The notes under the pieces: model-generated | Seen by the model: the letters and a program-made list of their open reading frames with translations, nothing else | What the model was told of the DNA's origin: nothing | The model's database searches: none | Program-made: the position numbers and the translations under genes | Shown: positions 63,443-64,000 of the stretch, one piece after another | Position numbering within the stretch: the first letter of the stretch is position 1 | Layout of the letters: the number at the start of each line of letters is the position of its first letter | Source of the DNA: Tortispora ganteri | Lineage: Eukaryota | Assembly (NCBI GenBank): GCA_003707115.1 | Contig: PPNB01000003.1 | Span: 496,001 to 560,000, forward strand | DNA: 64,000 nucleotides | Reading direction: 5' to 3'

Positions 63443-64000
63443 ATGTCCAGCCCCGACGTAAACCCGCGTAATCGTGTTATCAAACCTATTCCTAAAGGTT
63501 CTCCTCAAGGCATACCGATACCACAATCGCAAAAGCCCGGTTATACACCTATATATAGAAGCGCTCGATTCCCCGACCGTCTTTTAAAGACATGGCACCC
63601 TGACGTCACTACACCCCATGATGTGGTGAACAATGCTATAAACCAGAATCGTCACAAGGCCTGTTTCGGACGCAGATTATTTGATGCCAAATCTGGTAAG
63701 TGGGGACCGTATGTGTACGAGTCCTACGACGATCTTGATGTTCAACGTCAACAGCTAGGTTCAGGATTCATTCACATCCTGAAATCTCACGGTCTCCCTA
63801 CTATTCAGGCAAATATTTCTGTTTTTGCTGAAACTAGAGCTGAATGGCTACTCACTGATATCACTTGTTGGGCTTATTCCATGGTTCTAGTATCCCTGTA
63901 TGATGCTCTTGGTGCAGACACCTCGGAGTATATCTTGAATCTGACGGAATCACCTATCTTAGTTGCTTCAATGCACAACATCCCTTCAATTCTTCGCCTT
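63443..64000 (+). CDS. Long-chain fatty acyl-CoA synthetase (Faa2-like), 3'-partial
   Basis: Translated by hand from ATG 63443: ..PQSQKPGYTPIYRS..CFGRR..WGPYVYESY..ETRAEWLLTD..VSLYDALGADTSEYILNLTESP. The frame is open to the window end. Confidence 0.88.
   Translation, partial: MSSPDVNPRNRVIKPIPKGSPQGIPIPQSQKPGYTPIYRSARFPDRLLKTWHPDVTTPHDVVNNAINQNRHKACFGRRLFDAKSGKWGPYVYESYDDLDVQRQQLGSGFIHILKSHGLPTIQANISVFAETRAEWLLTDITCWAYSMVLVSLYDALGADTSEYILNLTESPILVASMHNIPSILRL

Overview
This is a gene-dense segment of a fungal nuclear chromosome, most likely an ascomycete budding-yeast-type genome. It uses the standard genetic code: CTG falls at conserved Leu positions, for example FEN1 'LLRHLTF'. About 34 protein-coding genes can be supported, two of them cut by the window edges (AP-1 beta subunit, long-chain acyl-CoA synthetase). 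Six genes have GT-AG introns that the ORF track misses: BOL2, RAD27, COP1, UBC4, RPN3 and TOM5. Most genes are housekeeping (RRP14, COQ9, RPL3, SKN7, UGGT, CCH1, VMA12, VSB1, ARO8, OXR1, RRD1, SPN1 and others). I found no tRNA, rRNA, transposon or CRISPR. The most notable observations are: (1) a Cch1 channel whose pore-filter residues read E-E-Q-E rather than the N-E-E-E I recall for Dikarya; (2) a long COP1 intron with interlocking perfect complementarities, suggesting a pseudoknot/kissing loop or an H/ACA snoRNA; (3) UGGT, UDP-glucose dehydrogenase and a nucleotide-sugar-transporter-like gene close together with shared CACGTG boxes; (4) a Kin1 kinase lacking its KA1 tail; (5) a loose run of vacuole/V-ATPase regulators including a WDR7-like gene; (6) a RAD27 intron whose branch region is complementary to its own donor site. 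All gene names come from recalled family motifs, not database searches.
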